NCBI GenBank assembly: GCA_944384545.1
Contig: CALWTT010000106.1
Span: 1,299-65,298 of the forward strand
From: an uncultured Clostridia bacterium
Lineage (GTDB): Bacteria; Bacillota; Clostridia; Oscillospirales; CAG-272
Direction: 5' to 3'
DNA length: 64,000 bases
Shown here: in pieces, positions 17,673 through 27,809 of the stretch
Numbering within the stretch: position 1 is the first letter of the stretch
Layout: every line of letters begins with the position of its first letter
Translations under genes and position numbers: made by a program
Notes under the pieces: model-generated
What the model was told of the DNA's origin: nothing
The model's input: the letters and a program-made list of their open reading frames with translations, nothing else
The model's database searches: none

Positions 17673-18578
17673 TTATGCAAACAGGGCGTCGGTGAATGCA
17701 TCGGCATCAAAAGGCCGCATGTCATCGATTTTTTCGCCCACTCCTATAAATTTCACGGGAATTCCCAACTCGCGACGAATGGACAGCACGATTCCGCCCT
17801 TTGCTGTTCCATCGAGTTTGGTCAGGATCAGTCCGGTAATCTCCGCCGCAGTCTTGAATTCCCTGGCCTGATTCACCGCATTCTGTCCGGTCGTGCCATC
17901 CAGAACCAAAAGGGTTTCCACCACACTGTCCGGCAGTTCCCTTGCAATCACCCGGCGGATTTTTGCAAGTTCCTCCATAAGATTCTTTTTGTTGTGCAGG
18001 CGGCCGGCCGTGTCGATCATCAGAACATCCGCTTTCCGGCTTTGTACGGCATGTATGGCGTCAAACACAACCGCTGCGGGATCCGCCCCCTGATCCTGCC
18101 GGATCAGCTCGGTACCGCTCCGTTCACACCATACAGCCAGCTGCTCTGCCGCAGCCGCACGGAATGTATCGGCCGCAGCAACTACAACTTTCTTTTTCTC
18201 TTGCTTCAATACTGCTGCGATCTTCCCGATAGAGGTGGTCTTTCCCACGCCGTTGACGCCGATCACCAGAATAACGGTCGGTACCGTACTAAGATCCAGC
18301 GGCGCATGGTCACCGATCAGTTCCCGGATGATTTCCTTCAATGCATTGCGTACATCCTCCGGCTTCTTGATTCTGCCGTCACGGATTTTCTCACGCAAAA
18401 GATCCAGGATCTCCTCTGTTGTCTCTACCCCTACATCTGCCGATATCAGAAGTTCCTCCAGTTCTTCGAGAAACTCCTCGTCTATCCGGACAAATTTTTT
18501 CAGCAGATTATCCACACCGCCAAACAGCGAATTTTTGGTTTTCTGCAGCCCCTGCTTCAGTTTTTCAAAGAAGCCCAT
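17673..18578 (-). CDS. ftsY: Signal recognition particle receptor FtsY
   Basis: ORF 17673..18626. MGFFEKLKQGL is the typical start, with AAGGAG 7 nt upstream. GVNGVGKTT and DTAGR motifs. Confidence 0.93.
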   Translation of the reverse strand: MGFFEKLKQGLQKTKNSLFGGVDNLLKKFVRIDEEFLEELEELLISADVGVETTEEILDLLREKIRDGRIKKPEDVRNALKEIIRELIGDHAPLDLSTVPTVILVIGVNGVGKTTSIGKIAAVLKQEKKKVVVAAADTFRAAAAEQLAVWCERSGTELIRQDQGADPAAVVFDAIHAVQSRKADVLMIDTAGRLHNKKNLMEELAKIRRVIARELPDSVVETLLVLDGTTGQNAVNQAREFKTAAEITGLILTKLDGTAKGGIVLSIRRELGIPVKFIGVGEKIDDMRPFDADAFTDALFA

Positions 18579-21500
18579 CGGTAAACTCCTTATTCTTGCT
18601 TTCAATTTCGTTGACGTCCATGGCAATTACCTTGGAAATGCCGCGCTCCGGCATCGTAACACCGTACAGCCGATCCGCGATCTGCATCGTGCCGCGCCGG
18701 TGTGTGATCAGAATAAACTGTGTTTCGCCGCAGAACCGTTTGATATACTCGCCCAAACGATATACATTGACCTCGTCCAGCGCCGCTTCGATCTCATCCA
18801 GAAGACAAAAAGGCGTGGGATTGACTTTCAGGATGGCAAAGAAAAGCGCACATGCCACAAACGCCTGCTCACCGCCGGACAAAAGAGAAAGATTCTTGAT
18901 AATCTTTCCGGGAGGCGCCGCTTTGATCTCGATTCCGCAATTCAGCACATCTTCCGGATCCGTCAGAAGCAATTCCGCCTGCCCACCACCGAACAGTTCC
19001 CGGAAAACGATTCCAAAATTGTGATTGATTTTTTCAAAGGCTTCGACAAAGCTTTTTTTCATCTCTGCCTCGATTTTTTGTACGATTTCTGTAAGTTCTT
19101 CACAGGAGCGATTGAGATCGTTCACCTGCTCGGACAACGCTTCATACCGATCCTTTACCTGGTCGTATTCCTCGATGGCGGCAATATTCACCGATCCGAG
19201 CGAACGGATTTTCTGCCGGCACTCGCTTTGCAAATTGACGTATTCCGCATGGTTCTGTGGCGTAACAGGCGGATAATTCAGATTCCGCGCGTCCTCTGTC
19301 GACAATTCATAGTCATCGTACAATTTCGAACCAAGGCGGTCATACTCATCGCGGAGACGTTCCAGTTTTCTGGTATTCCTGGTATGGGATTCCGTACACA
19401 GATCCTTTTGATTGTGCTTGTTGCGTATCTGCAATTTGAGTTCTGTCAGGCGCTTGTCGTATTCGTCGTTATCGGCCTCCACCGATGCACGGTTACTGTC
19501 AATCTGCGAGAGATGATCGTTCAGTTCTTCCCTTTCTTTCCGGTTCTCTTGCATGCGCCTCTTCTGCTCTGCCTGAAAGGTTTCATGGTCTGCAATCCTG
19601 CCTCGCTGACTTTCGCTTCCTTCGGACAGTTCCCGGATCCGCTGACTGGCTGCGTCGGTCTGTACCCCCACGGCCTGTATATCCTTTGCATTCTCTGCCA
19701 TGCGGATCTGCAAGGCAGAAGCACGCTCGATCAGAGAATCTCTTTCGTCCAAAAGCGTGCTTCTTTCGCGTTCCAGCTCCATACGGTAATCCGCAATAGC
19801 ACGGATCTCTTCCTCCAATTGGGAAAGCGTTCCCGAAAGCTCCTGGATTTCCGCCTCGCACTGTGTTCCGCTATTCAGAAGCGCCTCCCGGTCTGCACGG
19901 AGTTTCGCGGTCAGATTCCGATTGGCCTCCCACTTTGCATTTGCATTGTCCAGTGCCGCAAACTGCGCACGGGACATAGTCAGAAGAAGCTCCTTCTGTT
20001 GCTCCGCTTCACGGACTTCATTATGTATCCGTGTCAGTTCACCGTCACATTCCGCAATTTCTTTTTCCAATGCCTGGACTTTCTTATCAACGCCTGCGGC
20101 TTCCTCCGTCAGTTGTTCAATCTCGGCGCCCCGTGTCATAATACCACTGTCATGCTTCACCGATCCGCCGGTAAACGATCCGCCGGCATTGATTACCTGC
20201 CCATCCAGCGTAACCAGCCTTACACGGTAACGTAGCAACCTGGCCGCATCGGTGGCATGATCGATTGTATCAAACACTACGGTCCGGATCAGAAGCCATT
20301 CGATGATGTCCTTGTAAGCCGGATCAAATGTAACCAGTCTGTCCGCGCGTCCCACATAGCCGGCACAGGAAGCAGCGCGCCGTACCTCCTCGGTTTCCCC
20401 GGAGGAACGGATCGCACTCACAGGATAAAAGGTCGCACGACCGGCGCGGTTATCCTTCAGGCAGCGGATAGCCGCCTTTGCTGTCTCTTCGTTGTCAACG
20501 ACAATGTTCTGTATGTTGGCCCCGAGTGCGGTCTCAATGGCCACAATATGTTCGGGAGAGGCGCCGATCAGCTTGGAAAGTGGTCCGTATATTTTTCCTG
20601 CTCCGCGAATCCCACCCTGTTCGTACTTCTGCATGACAAAGCGCACACTGTTGTTGTACCCTTCAAAGTGTTCTTCCATGCGACGCAAGGTATCCGCACG
20701 CTGCAGCAAAGAACTCTTCTGCACTTTGAGCGCCGTCGCCTCATCTACGCGACTTGCACGCAGCCCATTGATACGATCCGTTTCCTCGGTTCCCTCGCGG
20801 ATAACCGTATCGTATTCCGCGATTTTAGATTTAAAGCCCGCTGCATTTTTTTCACAGCGTTCCGCCTCTGCGGCCAACTGCGTTCCCTCTTCTTCATATC
20901 GGGAAATTTCCGCCGAAAGTTCGTCGCTTTTTCCGCTGTCCGACTCTTTTGTATTCCGCAAGACATCCAGACGCACACGTATATCTACCGCCCGGGATTC
21001 CAATTCCCGCGATTCTGTCAACTTTCGGTTCAGCGCTTCTTCTTTTTGTTGTGCCTCCGTCATTTTTTTCTGCTGGTCGGAAAGAATCCCAAGATGCTCG
21101 TCACGCAGATTGTCCGCCTCCGCACGCAGTTCCTTTCCTCGCGCTTCGGCCAAAGAGATTTCTTCACGCAAAGAACGGATCGTCTGTTCTGCCTCGCCGA
21201 TCCGATCATTGCAATCCGCAATCATCTCATCGCGATGCCTGGATTCATTTTCCAGCAGTTGATACTCGTTGTCCAGTCGGTTGATATTTTTGGTATATTC
21301 TCGGATCTCGCTCATCAGCTTCTCGGAAAGCAGTCGATTGCTCCGCTGTTCTTCATCCAGCCGATCGTTCTGCGCTTCCAGCGAAGAGAGAGATTCAGAT
21401 ATCAGATTCAACTCATTTTCCGATAGTTTACAGTCATTTTCGGACTTGGCAATATCCTCTCGCAGCTTCTGCGTGTCATACAGCCAAAGCGAGACATCGG

Positions 21501-22182
21501 CCTGCTTTTTCTGCTCATACAGTTCCAAATATCGTCTCGCCTTTTCGGCGTCTCTTTTCAGCGGACCGACGCGTCCTTCCAGTTCTCCGAGTATGTCGCG
21601 GACACGCACCATATTTGTTTCGGTATCGGCAAGCTTTTTCTCCGCCTCCTGCTTTTTGAACCGGAATTTGGAAATTCCGGCCGCCTCCTCAAAGAAATTG
21701 CGCCGATCCTCGCTCTTACGCGAAAGGATTTCTGCAATCCGCCCCTGGCCTATGATTGAATACCCTTCCCGCCCGACACCGGTATTCATAAACAATTCGT
21801 AAATATCACGCAGGCGGCAAGGTTTCCGATTGATAAAATATTCACTGTCTCCGGCACGATAATACCGACGGGTCACTACTACTTCGTCATACGGCAAATT
21901 CAGGCTATGGTGCTCTTTATCGGTATTGTCAAAGGTAACCGAAACCTCTGCAAATCCCATCGGACGCCTGTCATCGGTTCCGCCGAAAATCACATCCTCC
22001 ATTTTAGTACCGCGGATATTGCGACTCGAAAGTTCGCCGAGAACCCACCGCATCGCATCGGATATATTCGATTTGCCGCTTCCGTTCGGTCCGACAACGA
22101 CGGTCGTTCCGCGTTCAAAGTTCAGGACAGTGCGGTTGGGGAAGGATTTGAATCCGTGCAGTTCAAGAGTTTTGAGAAACAC
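18565..22182 (-). CDS. smc: Chromosome segregation protein SMC
   Basis: 1205-aa ORF with a GTG start. N-terminal GPNGSGKSN Walker A, long coiled coils, and C-terminal LSGGE signature. Confidence 0.96.
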   Translation of the reverse strand: MFLKTLELHGFKSFPNRTVLNFERGTTVVVGPNGSGKSNISDAMRWVLGELSSRNIRGTKMEDVIFGGTDDRRPMGFAEVSVTFDNTDKEHHSLNLPYDEVVVTRRYYRAGDSEYFINRKPCRLRDIYELFMNTGVGREGYSIIGQGRIAEILSRKSEDRRNFFEEAAGISKFRFKKQEAEKKLADTETNMVRVRDILGELEGRVGPLKRDAEKARRYLELYEQKKQADVSLWLYDTQKLREDIAKSENDCKLSENELNLISESLSSLEAQNDRLDEEQRSNRLLSEKLMSEIREYTKNINRLDNEYQLLENESRHRDEMIADCNDRIGEAEQTIRSLREEISLAEARGKELRAEADNLRDEHLGILSDQQKKMTEAQQKEEALNRKLTESRELESRAVDIRVRLDVLRNTKESDSGKSDELSAEISRYEEEGTQLAAEAERCEKNAAGFKSKIAEYDTVIREGTEETDRINGLRASRVDEATALKVQKSSLLQRADTLRRMEEHFEGYNNSVRFVMQKYEQGGIRGAGKIYGPLSKLIGASPEHIVAIETALGANIQNIVVDNEETAKAAIRCLKDNRAGRATFYPVSAIRSSGETEEVRRAASCAGYVGRADRLVTFDPAYKDIIEWLLIRTVVFDTIDHATDAARLLRYRVRLVTLDGQVINAGGSFTGGSVKHDSGIMTRGAEIEQLTEEAAGVDKKVQALEKEIAECDGELTRIHNEVREAEQQKELLLTMSRAQFAALDNANAKWEANRNLTAKLRADREALLNSGTQCEAEIQELSGTLSQLEEEIRAIADYRMELERERSTLLDERDSLIERASALQIRMAENAKDIQAVGVQTDAASQRIRELSEGSESQRGRIADHETFQAEQKRRMQENRKEREELNDHLSQIDSNRASVEADNDEYDKRLTELKLQIRNKHNQKDLCTESHTRNTRKLERLRDEYDRLGSKLYDDYELSTEDARNLNYPPVTPQNHAEYVNLQSECRQKIRSLGSVNIAAIEEYDQVKDRYEALSEQVNDLNRSCEELTEIVQKIEAEMKKSFVEAFEKINHNFGIVFRELFGGGQAELLLTDPEDVLNCGIEIKAAPPGKIIKNLSLLSGGEQAFVACALFFAILKVNPTPFCLLDEIEAALDEVNVYRLGEYIKRFCGETQFILITHRRGTMQIADRLYGVTMPERGISKVIAMDVNEIESKNKEFTDGLL

Positions 22183-22263
22183 GCCACGGTACTCCTTTTC
22201 TGAATGATGTCATCTACAATATACTTTTTATCTGCCATCTGCTTACATGAATTATATAGAGGT

Positions 22264-23004
22264 TCAGGGAAAACCGACGTCTTCGGAATCACAAATATCG
22301 GGATCGCCAAACAAAACCAGTGCTTCCTTTGCCGCGTTCTCCTCCGCTTCCTGTTTGGAATGACCGTATCCGTTGCCGATAATGTTGCTGTTCAGCATAG
22401 CTTGTACAGAAAATACCGGGTCATGCGCAGGCCCTGTGCAGGACACAACGCGATAGGCAAGCTGCTCGCTTCCGTCCTGCTCTACCAATTGCTGCAATCT
22501 GGTTTTATAATCCCCACTGCGATACTTCTGACATCCGGAAAGAACCGGGGCAAGCAATCTCATCAGAGTGTCGGCTACACGCTTGTCCGGCCGGGCGCCG
22601 GCATCCAGAAAAATCGCCCCGGCAATTGCCTCCATGGTATTGGCCAGAATGGCATCCATGGCGCGCATGCTTTTTTTCTCAATACCACGCCCAAGCAGCA
22701 GGAAAGCTTCCAGACCAATTTTCCTTGCAAGGACAGCCAGGGTTTCATTGCATACGAGATTTTGCCGGTAGCGGGAAAGTTCTCCTTCGCTGGCTTTCGG
22801 ATATTTCTCATAAAGATATCTGCTGACTGTGATCTGAAATACCGCATCTCCCAAAAATTCCAAACGCTCATTACATACAAGGCCGTGTTCGTTGGCGTAG
22901 GAAGAATGCGTGAGCGCCTCCGTCAGCAATGCAGGATATGCAAATCGGTACCCCAGCTTTTCTTCCAGTGTGGCCTGCGTATCCCTTTTCGATCTGTCAC
23001 ACAT
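22264..23004 (-). CDS. rnc: Ribonuclease III
   Basis: 246-aa ORF. ERLEFLGDAV signature and a C-terminal dsRBD. Confidence 0.93.
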   Translation of the reverse strand: MCDRSKRDTQATLEEKLGYRFAYPALLTEALTHSSYANEHGLVCNERLEFLGDAVFQITVSRYLYEKYPKASEGELSRYRQNLVCNETLAVLARKIGLEAFLLLGRGIEKKSMRAMDAILANTMEAIAGAIFLDAGARPDKRVADTLMRLLAPVLSGCQKYRSGDYKTRLQQLVEQDGSEQLAYRVVSCTGPAHDPVFSVQAMLNSNIIGNGYGHSKQEAEENAAKEALVLFGDPDICDSEDVGFP

Positions 23005-23049
23005 GTATGATTATACCCTCTGTACCGCCGCAACGGTATGGTTCAGTTT

Positions 23050-24141
23050 TTACGTGTTTGTTTCCTTCTCCCCGCCGGAAGCGGGAAACGAATCCGGGCC
23101 GGGATCGGTTCCTGCAGGTGGTGCATTCTCCTCCCGTTTTTCGCTTCGGTCAGGCATACTGGCCGCCATGCGCGCAATTTCAACATTCACCTCTGTCGAA
23201 AGCACCGTCATTGCCTGCAAAACCGCATTTTTAACAGCCTTCGCATCCGAACTGCCGTGTGCTTTGATAACGGGCTTGGATATGCCCAGCAGAGGCGCAC
23301 CACCGTATTCCGATGCGTCAAAACGGGTTTTCAGCTTCTTCAACGGTCCTTTCATCGTTCTGGCCGCCAACATGGTCATGGGATTGGTCATGAAAAGCTC
23401 TTTCAACGCCGTCATCATGAATTTGCCCATTCCCTCTGTGTATTTCAGGACAATGTTTCCGACAAATCCGTCGCACAGCAGAACATCACACGGAGAAAAC
23501 GGCAGATCCTTTCCCTCCACATTCCCGATAAAATTCAGATCCGGATTTCCCGAGAGCAATGCATAGGTTTCCGTCTGCAAAGGAAGACCCTTCCCATGCT
23601 CGGTTCCGTTATTCAGCAAGCCGATCCGCGGTTTATGGATACCGTGCAAACGTTCCAGATAATAGGATCCCATATAGGCAAACTGTTCCAGATTTTCTGG
23701 TGTAACCGTCAGATTGGCACCGGAATCCATCAGAAGAATGGGGGCAGACAGGGGCAGAACGGTGGCAATTGCCGCACGGCGAATTCCCTTGATACGGCGA
23801 ACAAGTAATGTGGATCCGGCCAGAAGTGCACCGGTATTTCCTGCGCTTACAAGCGCATCACCATCTCCGCTTTCCAAAAGACGCAGTGCTACGCTCATGG
23901 ATGAGTCCGACTTTTCCCGTATAACCGAAAGCGGCTTGTCGTCCATATCGATGACCGATTCCGCATGAACAATTTCTAACCGATCCAGAGATATCTCATT
24001 GACCAGCGCGATCTCTTCAATAACAGCGCTGTTCCCGACTACGGCAATCGGGATACGGTATTCTTCCGCGGCGAGAGCAGCACCGCGCAACAGTTCAAGC
24101 GGCGCGTAATCTCCGCTCATAACATCGACAATGATTTTCAT
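23050..24141 (-). CDS. plsX: Phosphate acyltransferase PlsX
   Basis: 363-aa ORF. MKIIVDVMSGDYAP.. is the typical PlsX N-terminus. Has a ~30-aa C-terminal tail. Confidence 0.92.
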   Translation of the reverse strand: MKIIVDVMSGDYAPLELLRGAALAAEEYRIPIAVVGNSAVIEEIALVNEISLDRLEIVHAESVIDMDDKPLSVIREKSDSSMSVALRLLESGDGDALVSAGNTGALLAGSTLLVRRIKGIRRAAIATVLPLSAPILLMDSGANLTVTPENLEQFAYMGSYYLERLHGIHKPRIGLLNNGTEHGKGLPLQTETYALLSGNPDLNFIGNVEGKDLPFSPCDVLLCDGFVGNIVLKYTEGMGKFMMTALKELFMTNPMTMLAARTMKGPLKKLKTRFDASEYGGAPLLGISKPVIKAHGSSDAKAVKNAVLQAMTVLSTEVNVEIARMAASMPDRSEKREENAPPAGTDPGPDSFPASGGEKETNT

Positions 24142-25508
24142 GTGTTATCCTTTCCGGAATCAGTATTCCCCGAAAGTTCGCAATATAGTTCTCGGATGCA
24201 GGAAAGTGAACGCTCGGCATATGCGCGGTTCCGTGCCTGCTTTCCGCCTTTTATTTTGGCCGGCAGCGGCTCAATAATGCCAAAATTGGCATTCATGGGC
24301 TGAAAATCCTCTCCGCTCCAACCACTGACGTAATGTGCAAGCGCACCGATCTCGGTTGTGCGGGGAAAAACAAACGGAGGCGCTCCACAGGCAAGTCTGG
24401 CTGCATTGATCCCGGCAACATATCCGGACGCCGCCGATTCCACATACCCTTCCACGCCTGTCATCTGTCCGGCGAAAAACAGCTGTGGTATGGTACGCAT
24501 GGCATACGTCGGCGTGAGCACGCCGGGGGAACGGATATAGGTATTCCGATGCATCACACCGTATCGGAAAAAAGCGGCATTCTGCAAACCGGGAATCATA
24601 CGGAAAACGCGGCGTTGCTCTCCGAATGTCAGGTGCGTCTGGAACCCCACCATATTGTACATGCTTCCCTCGCGGTTTTCCCGACGGAGCTGTACAACGG
24701 CATACGGCTCCTTTCCGTTCTGCGGCATGGGTAATCCCACCGGTTTCATAGGACCGTAACGCAGGGTATCCTGTCCGCGTCCGGCCATCACTTCTACAGG
24801 CATACATCCTTCAAATACCGCAGGCTCGCTCTCCTGGGCAGTTCTGTCGAACGCTTTCAGAGGAGCGGTTTCTGCCGAAACCAACGCCTGATAGAAAGCC
24901 TCGTACTCTTCCCGGTTCATCGGACAGTTCAAATAATCGGTCGGATTCCCTTTCCCGTATCGGGACGCAAAATACGCAGTTCCCATATCGATAGAGGACG
25001 CATCTACAATGGGGGCTGCTGCATCATAAAAAGACAGCATCCGCCCTCCCAACAGTCCTGCAATGTCCTCGGCCAGCGCATCGGCGGTCAGCGGCCCACT
25101 GGCAATCACCGTAATACCATCCTTCGGAACCGCCAGGACCTCTTTCTCATGCACGGTAATTCCCGGATGGCTGCGTATTTTCCGGGATATATATTCCGAA
25201 AAGGCAACACGGTCCACTGCCAATGCGGATCCTGCGGGAACACGGCTGGCATATGCGGCTTCCATCATCAGCGAATGCAATATAGTCAGCTCTTCTTTCA
25301 AAAGTCCTACCGCATTGGCAGGGTCGGCAGAGCGCAGTGAATTCGAGCATACCAACTCGGCAAATCCGGGGAAATGGTGCGCAGGGGTATATTTGGACGG
25401 TTTCATCTCGTAAAGATCTACCGCCACTCCGAACTCCGCTGCCGCCCATGCGGCCTCGCAGCCGGCAAGACCCGCTCCGATGACGCAAATATGCTCCGCA
25501 TGCATCAT
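24138..25508 (-). CDS. trmFO: Methylenetetrahydrofolate--tRNA-(uracil54-C5)-methyltransferase TrmFO
   Basis: 456-aa ORF. VIGAGLAGCEAAW FAD motif and TrmFO-like sequence throughout. Confidence 0.92.
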   Translation of the reverse strand: MMHAEHICVIGAGLAGCEAAWAAAEFGVAVDLYEMKPSKYTPAHHFPGFAELVCSNSLRSADPANAVGLLKEELTILHSLMMEAAYASRVPAGSALAVDRVAFSEYISRKIRSHPGITVHEKEVLAVPKDGITVIASGPLTADALAEDIAGLLGGRMLSFYDAAAPIVDASSIDMGTAYFASRYGKGNPTDYLNCPMNREEYEAFYQALVSAETAPLKAFDRTAQESEPAVFEGCMPVEVMAGRGQDTLRYGPMKPVGLPMPQNGKEPYAVVQLRRENREGSMYNMVGFQTHLTFGEQRRVFRMIPGLQNAAFFRYGVMHRNTYIRSPGVLTPTYAMRTIPQLFFAGQMTGVEGYVESAASGYVAGINAARLACGAPPFVFPRTTEIGALAHYVSGWSGEDFQPMNANFGIIEPLPAKIKGGKQARNRAYAERSLSCIRELYCELSGNTDSGKDNT

Positions 25509-27781
25509 ACAGGATCCGTTTCACCGTTTTCCGGTGTATTCTCTACAGCTTCTTCGCGCTTGTATCCACATTTTTTGTCCCGGCACAGAATCAGGCCGCG
25601 GCTCTTGCGCAGAAACAGCATTTTTCCACACTTGGGACATTTTTCATTGGTCGGCATATCCCACGAAGAGAATGTGCAGTCAGGATACCGCTCACAACTG
25701 TAAAAGGTCATGCGTCCACGACCGCGCTTGGAAACGATCCTGGCACCGCATTCCGGACATGCCACGCCGATCGCCGTAACCTTTTGCTTGGTAAAACGGC
25801 AGGTCGGATAATTCACACAAGCGTAAAAGCTTCCGTACCGACCGTTCCGGAGCACCATGTCTCCGCCGCAAAGCTCACATTTGAAATCGGCAATTTCCGG
25901 TTTGGTTTCGGTTTTTACTACAGGATTTCCATTTTTGTCAACAGCCTTCGTATTCCGGCATTCTGGGTAACGCGGGCAGACAAGGAAGCGACCGTAGCGC
26001 CCGTTTTTATACACCATCCGGCTACCACATCTTTCACAGATTACCTGCGACTCCTCCGGTGGGATTTCAACCTTGGAAGTTGCGTGATTGTTCATGGCGA
26101 CATCCAGTGCATGCTCAAAATCGCCGTAAAAATCCCCGATCACTTCCTGCATCGTTGTCTGATGGTTTTCAATTGAATCCAGTTTATCTTCCATAGATGC
26201 AGTAAACTCATAATTTACAATATCCGGGAAATTTTCCTTCATCAGCTTGGTGGTCACTTCGCCGAGCGGCGTAGACACCAGGGCCTTTCCGTTTCTCTTA
26301 ACATAGCTTCTTGCAATGATTGTCGTGATAATAGGGGTATAGGTGCTGGGGCGACCGATGCCGTGCTCTTCCAGAAATTTGATCAGAGTCGCTTCATTAT
26401 AATGCGGAGGCGGTTCTGTAAAGTGCTGTTCCGGCAGAAGAGCCAGAACGCGTAACTCTTCGCCTACGCGAACCTCCGGCAAGCGATTATAACTGTCATC
26501 GTTCTCCTCTCCCTTGTCCGTACTTCCGGCATCGTATACTGCCATATATCCGGGAAATTTAACGGTACAGCCATTGGCACGGAAAAGATGACCGTTGCAT
26601 TCCAGATCCATGGTTGTGGTATTCAATACGGCCGCGGCCATCTGACTGGCGACAAAACGATCCCATATCAGTTTGTACAATCGGTACTGGTCAGAAGTCA
26701 GCATTTTTTTCACTGCCTTTGGAAGAACGGTCACATCTGCCGGGCGGATGGCTTCGTGCGCATCCTGTGCGCCAGCCTTGGTTTTGTATACACGCGGACT
26801 TGGCGGCAGATACTCTTTGCCGTAATTTTCCCCGATCCATTGCAGCGCGGATTCCTGTGCACCCGAAGAAATCCGTAGCGAGTCGGTACGCATATAGGTG
26901 ATCAAACCCTGTGTTCCGCCGAATTCCGGGCCCAAGTTGATTCCTTCATATAGCTCCTGCGCAACCTTCATGATGCGCTGCGACTGAAATCCGAGTTTGC
27001 GCGATGCTTCCTGCTGCAAGGTGGAAGTCGTAAACGGCGGTGCAGGCTGTCTCCGCTTTTCTGCCGTGCGAAGATCACGGACAGAAAACACATGCCCCTG
27101 CAAATCCGAAAGCAACGCATCGGCATCCGCCTGGGATGCAAGATTCCGATCTCCTGTATACCGTGCGGTAAAACGTTCCCCGGCTTCTGTCTGTAAATCG
27201 GCATCTACCGTCCAGTACTCTTTTGGTACAAAAGCGCGGATCTCCTCTTCCCGCTCGGCAATAATCCGCGTCGCAACCGACTGGACACGCCCGGCCGAAA
27301 GCCCGCTTTTTACATTCTTCCACAAGAACGGACTCAACTTGTATCCTACAATCCGATCCAGGATCCGCCGTGCCTGTTGAGAATTCACAAGATCTTCATC
27401 AATTGCACGCGGATGCTTGATCGCCTCTTTTACAGCGGATTTGGTAATTTCATTGAAGGTCACGCGGCAGGCTTTGTTCAACGGAATGCCGAGCACTGTA
27501 GCAAGATGCCAGGAAATGGCCTCGCCTTCCCGGTCAGGGTCGGTCGCCAGATACACCGCTTTTGCTGACTTTGCTTCTTTTTTCAGTTGCGCAATCACAT
27601 CGCCACGACCGCGAATATTGATATAGTGGGGCGTGAAATCCTTCTCCAGATCCACACCCAGCGTACTTTTTGGCAGATCCCGGATATGCCCTTTGCAAGC
27701 GATCACCTTATAATTGGAGCCAAGATAGCCTTTTATGGTGGTTGCCTTGGAAGGCGATTCAACAATTACTAAATTTGCCAT
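25505..27781 (-). CDS. topA: DNA topoisomerase I
   Basis: ORF 25505..27838. MANLVIVESPSKATTIKGYLG is the typical start at 27781. C-terminal Cys4 zinc ribbons. Confidence 0.96.
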   Translation of the reverse strand: MANLVIVESPSKATTIKGYLGSNYKVIACKGHIRDLPKSTLGVDLEKDFTPHYINIRGRGDVIAQLKKEAKSAKAVYLATDPDREGEAISWHLATVLGIPLNKACRVTFNEITKSAVKEAIKHPRAIDEDLVNSQQARRILDRIVGYKLSPFLWKNVKSGLSAGRVQSVATRIIAEREEEIRAFVPKEYWTVDADLQTEAGERFTARYTGDRNLASQADADALLSDLQGHVFSVRDLRTAEKRRQPAPPFTTSTLQQEASRKLGFQSQRIMKVAQELYEGINLGPEFGGTQGLITYMRTDSLRISSGAQESALQWIGENYGKEYLPPSPRVYKTKAGAQDAHEAIRPADVTVLPKAVKKMLTSDQYRLYKLIWDRFVASQMAAAVLNTTTMDLECNGHLFRANGCTVKFPGYMAVYDAGSTDKGEENDDSYNRLPEVRVGEELRVLALLPEQHFTEPPPHYNEATLIKFLEEHGIGRPSTYTPIITTIIARSYVKRNGKALVSTPLGEVTTKLMKENFPDIVNYEFTASMEDKLDSIENHQTTMQEVIGDFYGDFEHALDVAMNNHATSKVEIPPEESQVICERCGSRMVYKNGRYGRFLVCPRYPECRNTKAVDKNGNPVVKTETKPEIADFKCELCGGDMVLRNGRYGSFYACVNYPTCRFTKQKVTAIGVACPECGARIVSKRGRGRMTFYSCERYPDCTFSSWDMPTNEKCPKCGKMLFLRKSRGLILCRDKKCGYKREEAVENTPENGETDPV

Positions 27782-27809
27782 TGATTTTCCGCGAAACTCG
27801 CTTATCCTT

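Noticed and set aside
18508-18516. Perfect DnaA box TTATCCACA.
   Set aside because: It is a single isolated box inside the ftsY coding sequence. There is no cluster, no AT-rich unwinding element and no dnaA or dnaN nearby, so it is not an origin.
18235-20235. 666-aa plus-strand ORF, plus the overlapping 18419..19024, 19922..20230 and 20257..21426 ORFs.
   Set aside because: They are entirely antisense to smc, whose identity is unambiguous. The products are low complexity and rich in Arg, Ser and Phe, with no motifs. They are typical shadow ORFs of a long coiled-coil gene.
22122-22310. 62-aa minus-strand ORF overlapping the smc start, including MADKKYIVDDIIQKRS.
   Set aside because: It has no RBS and is out of frame with smc, which it runs into. 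It sits in the short rnc-smc spacer, whose AAGGAG serves the smc GTG start.
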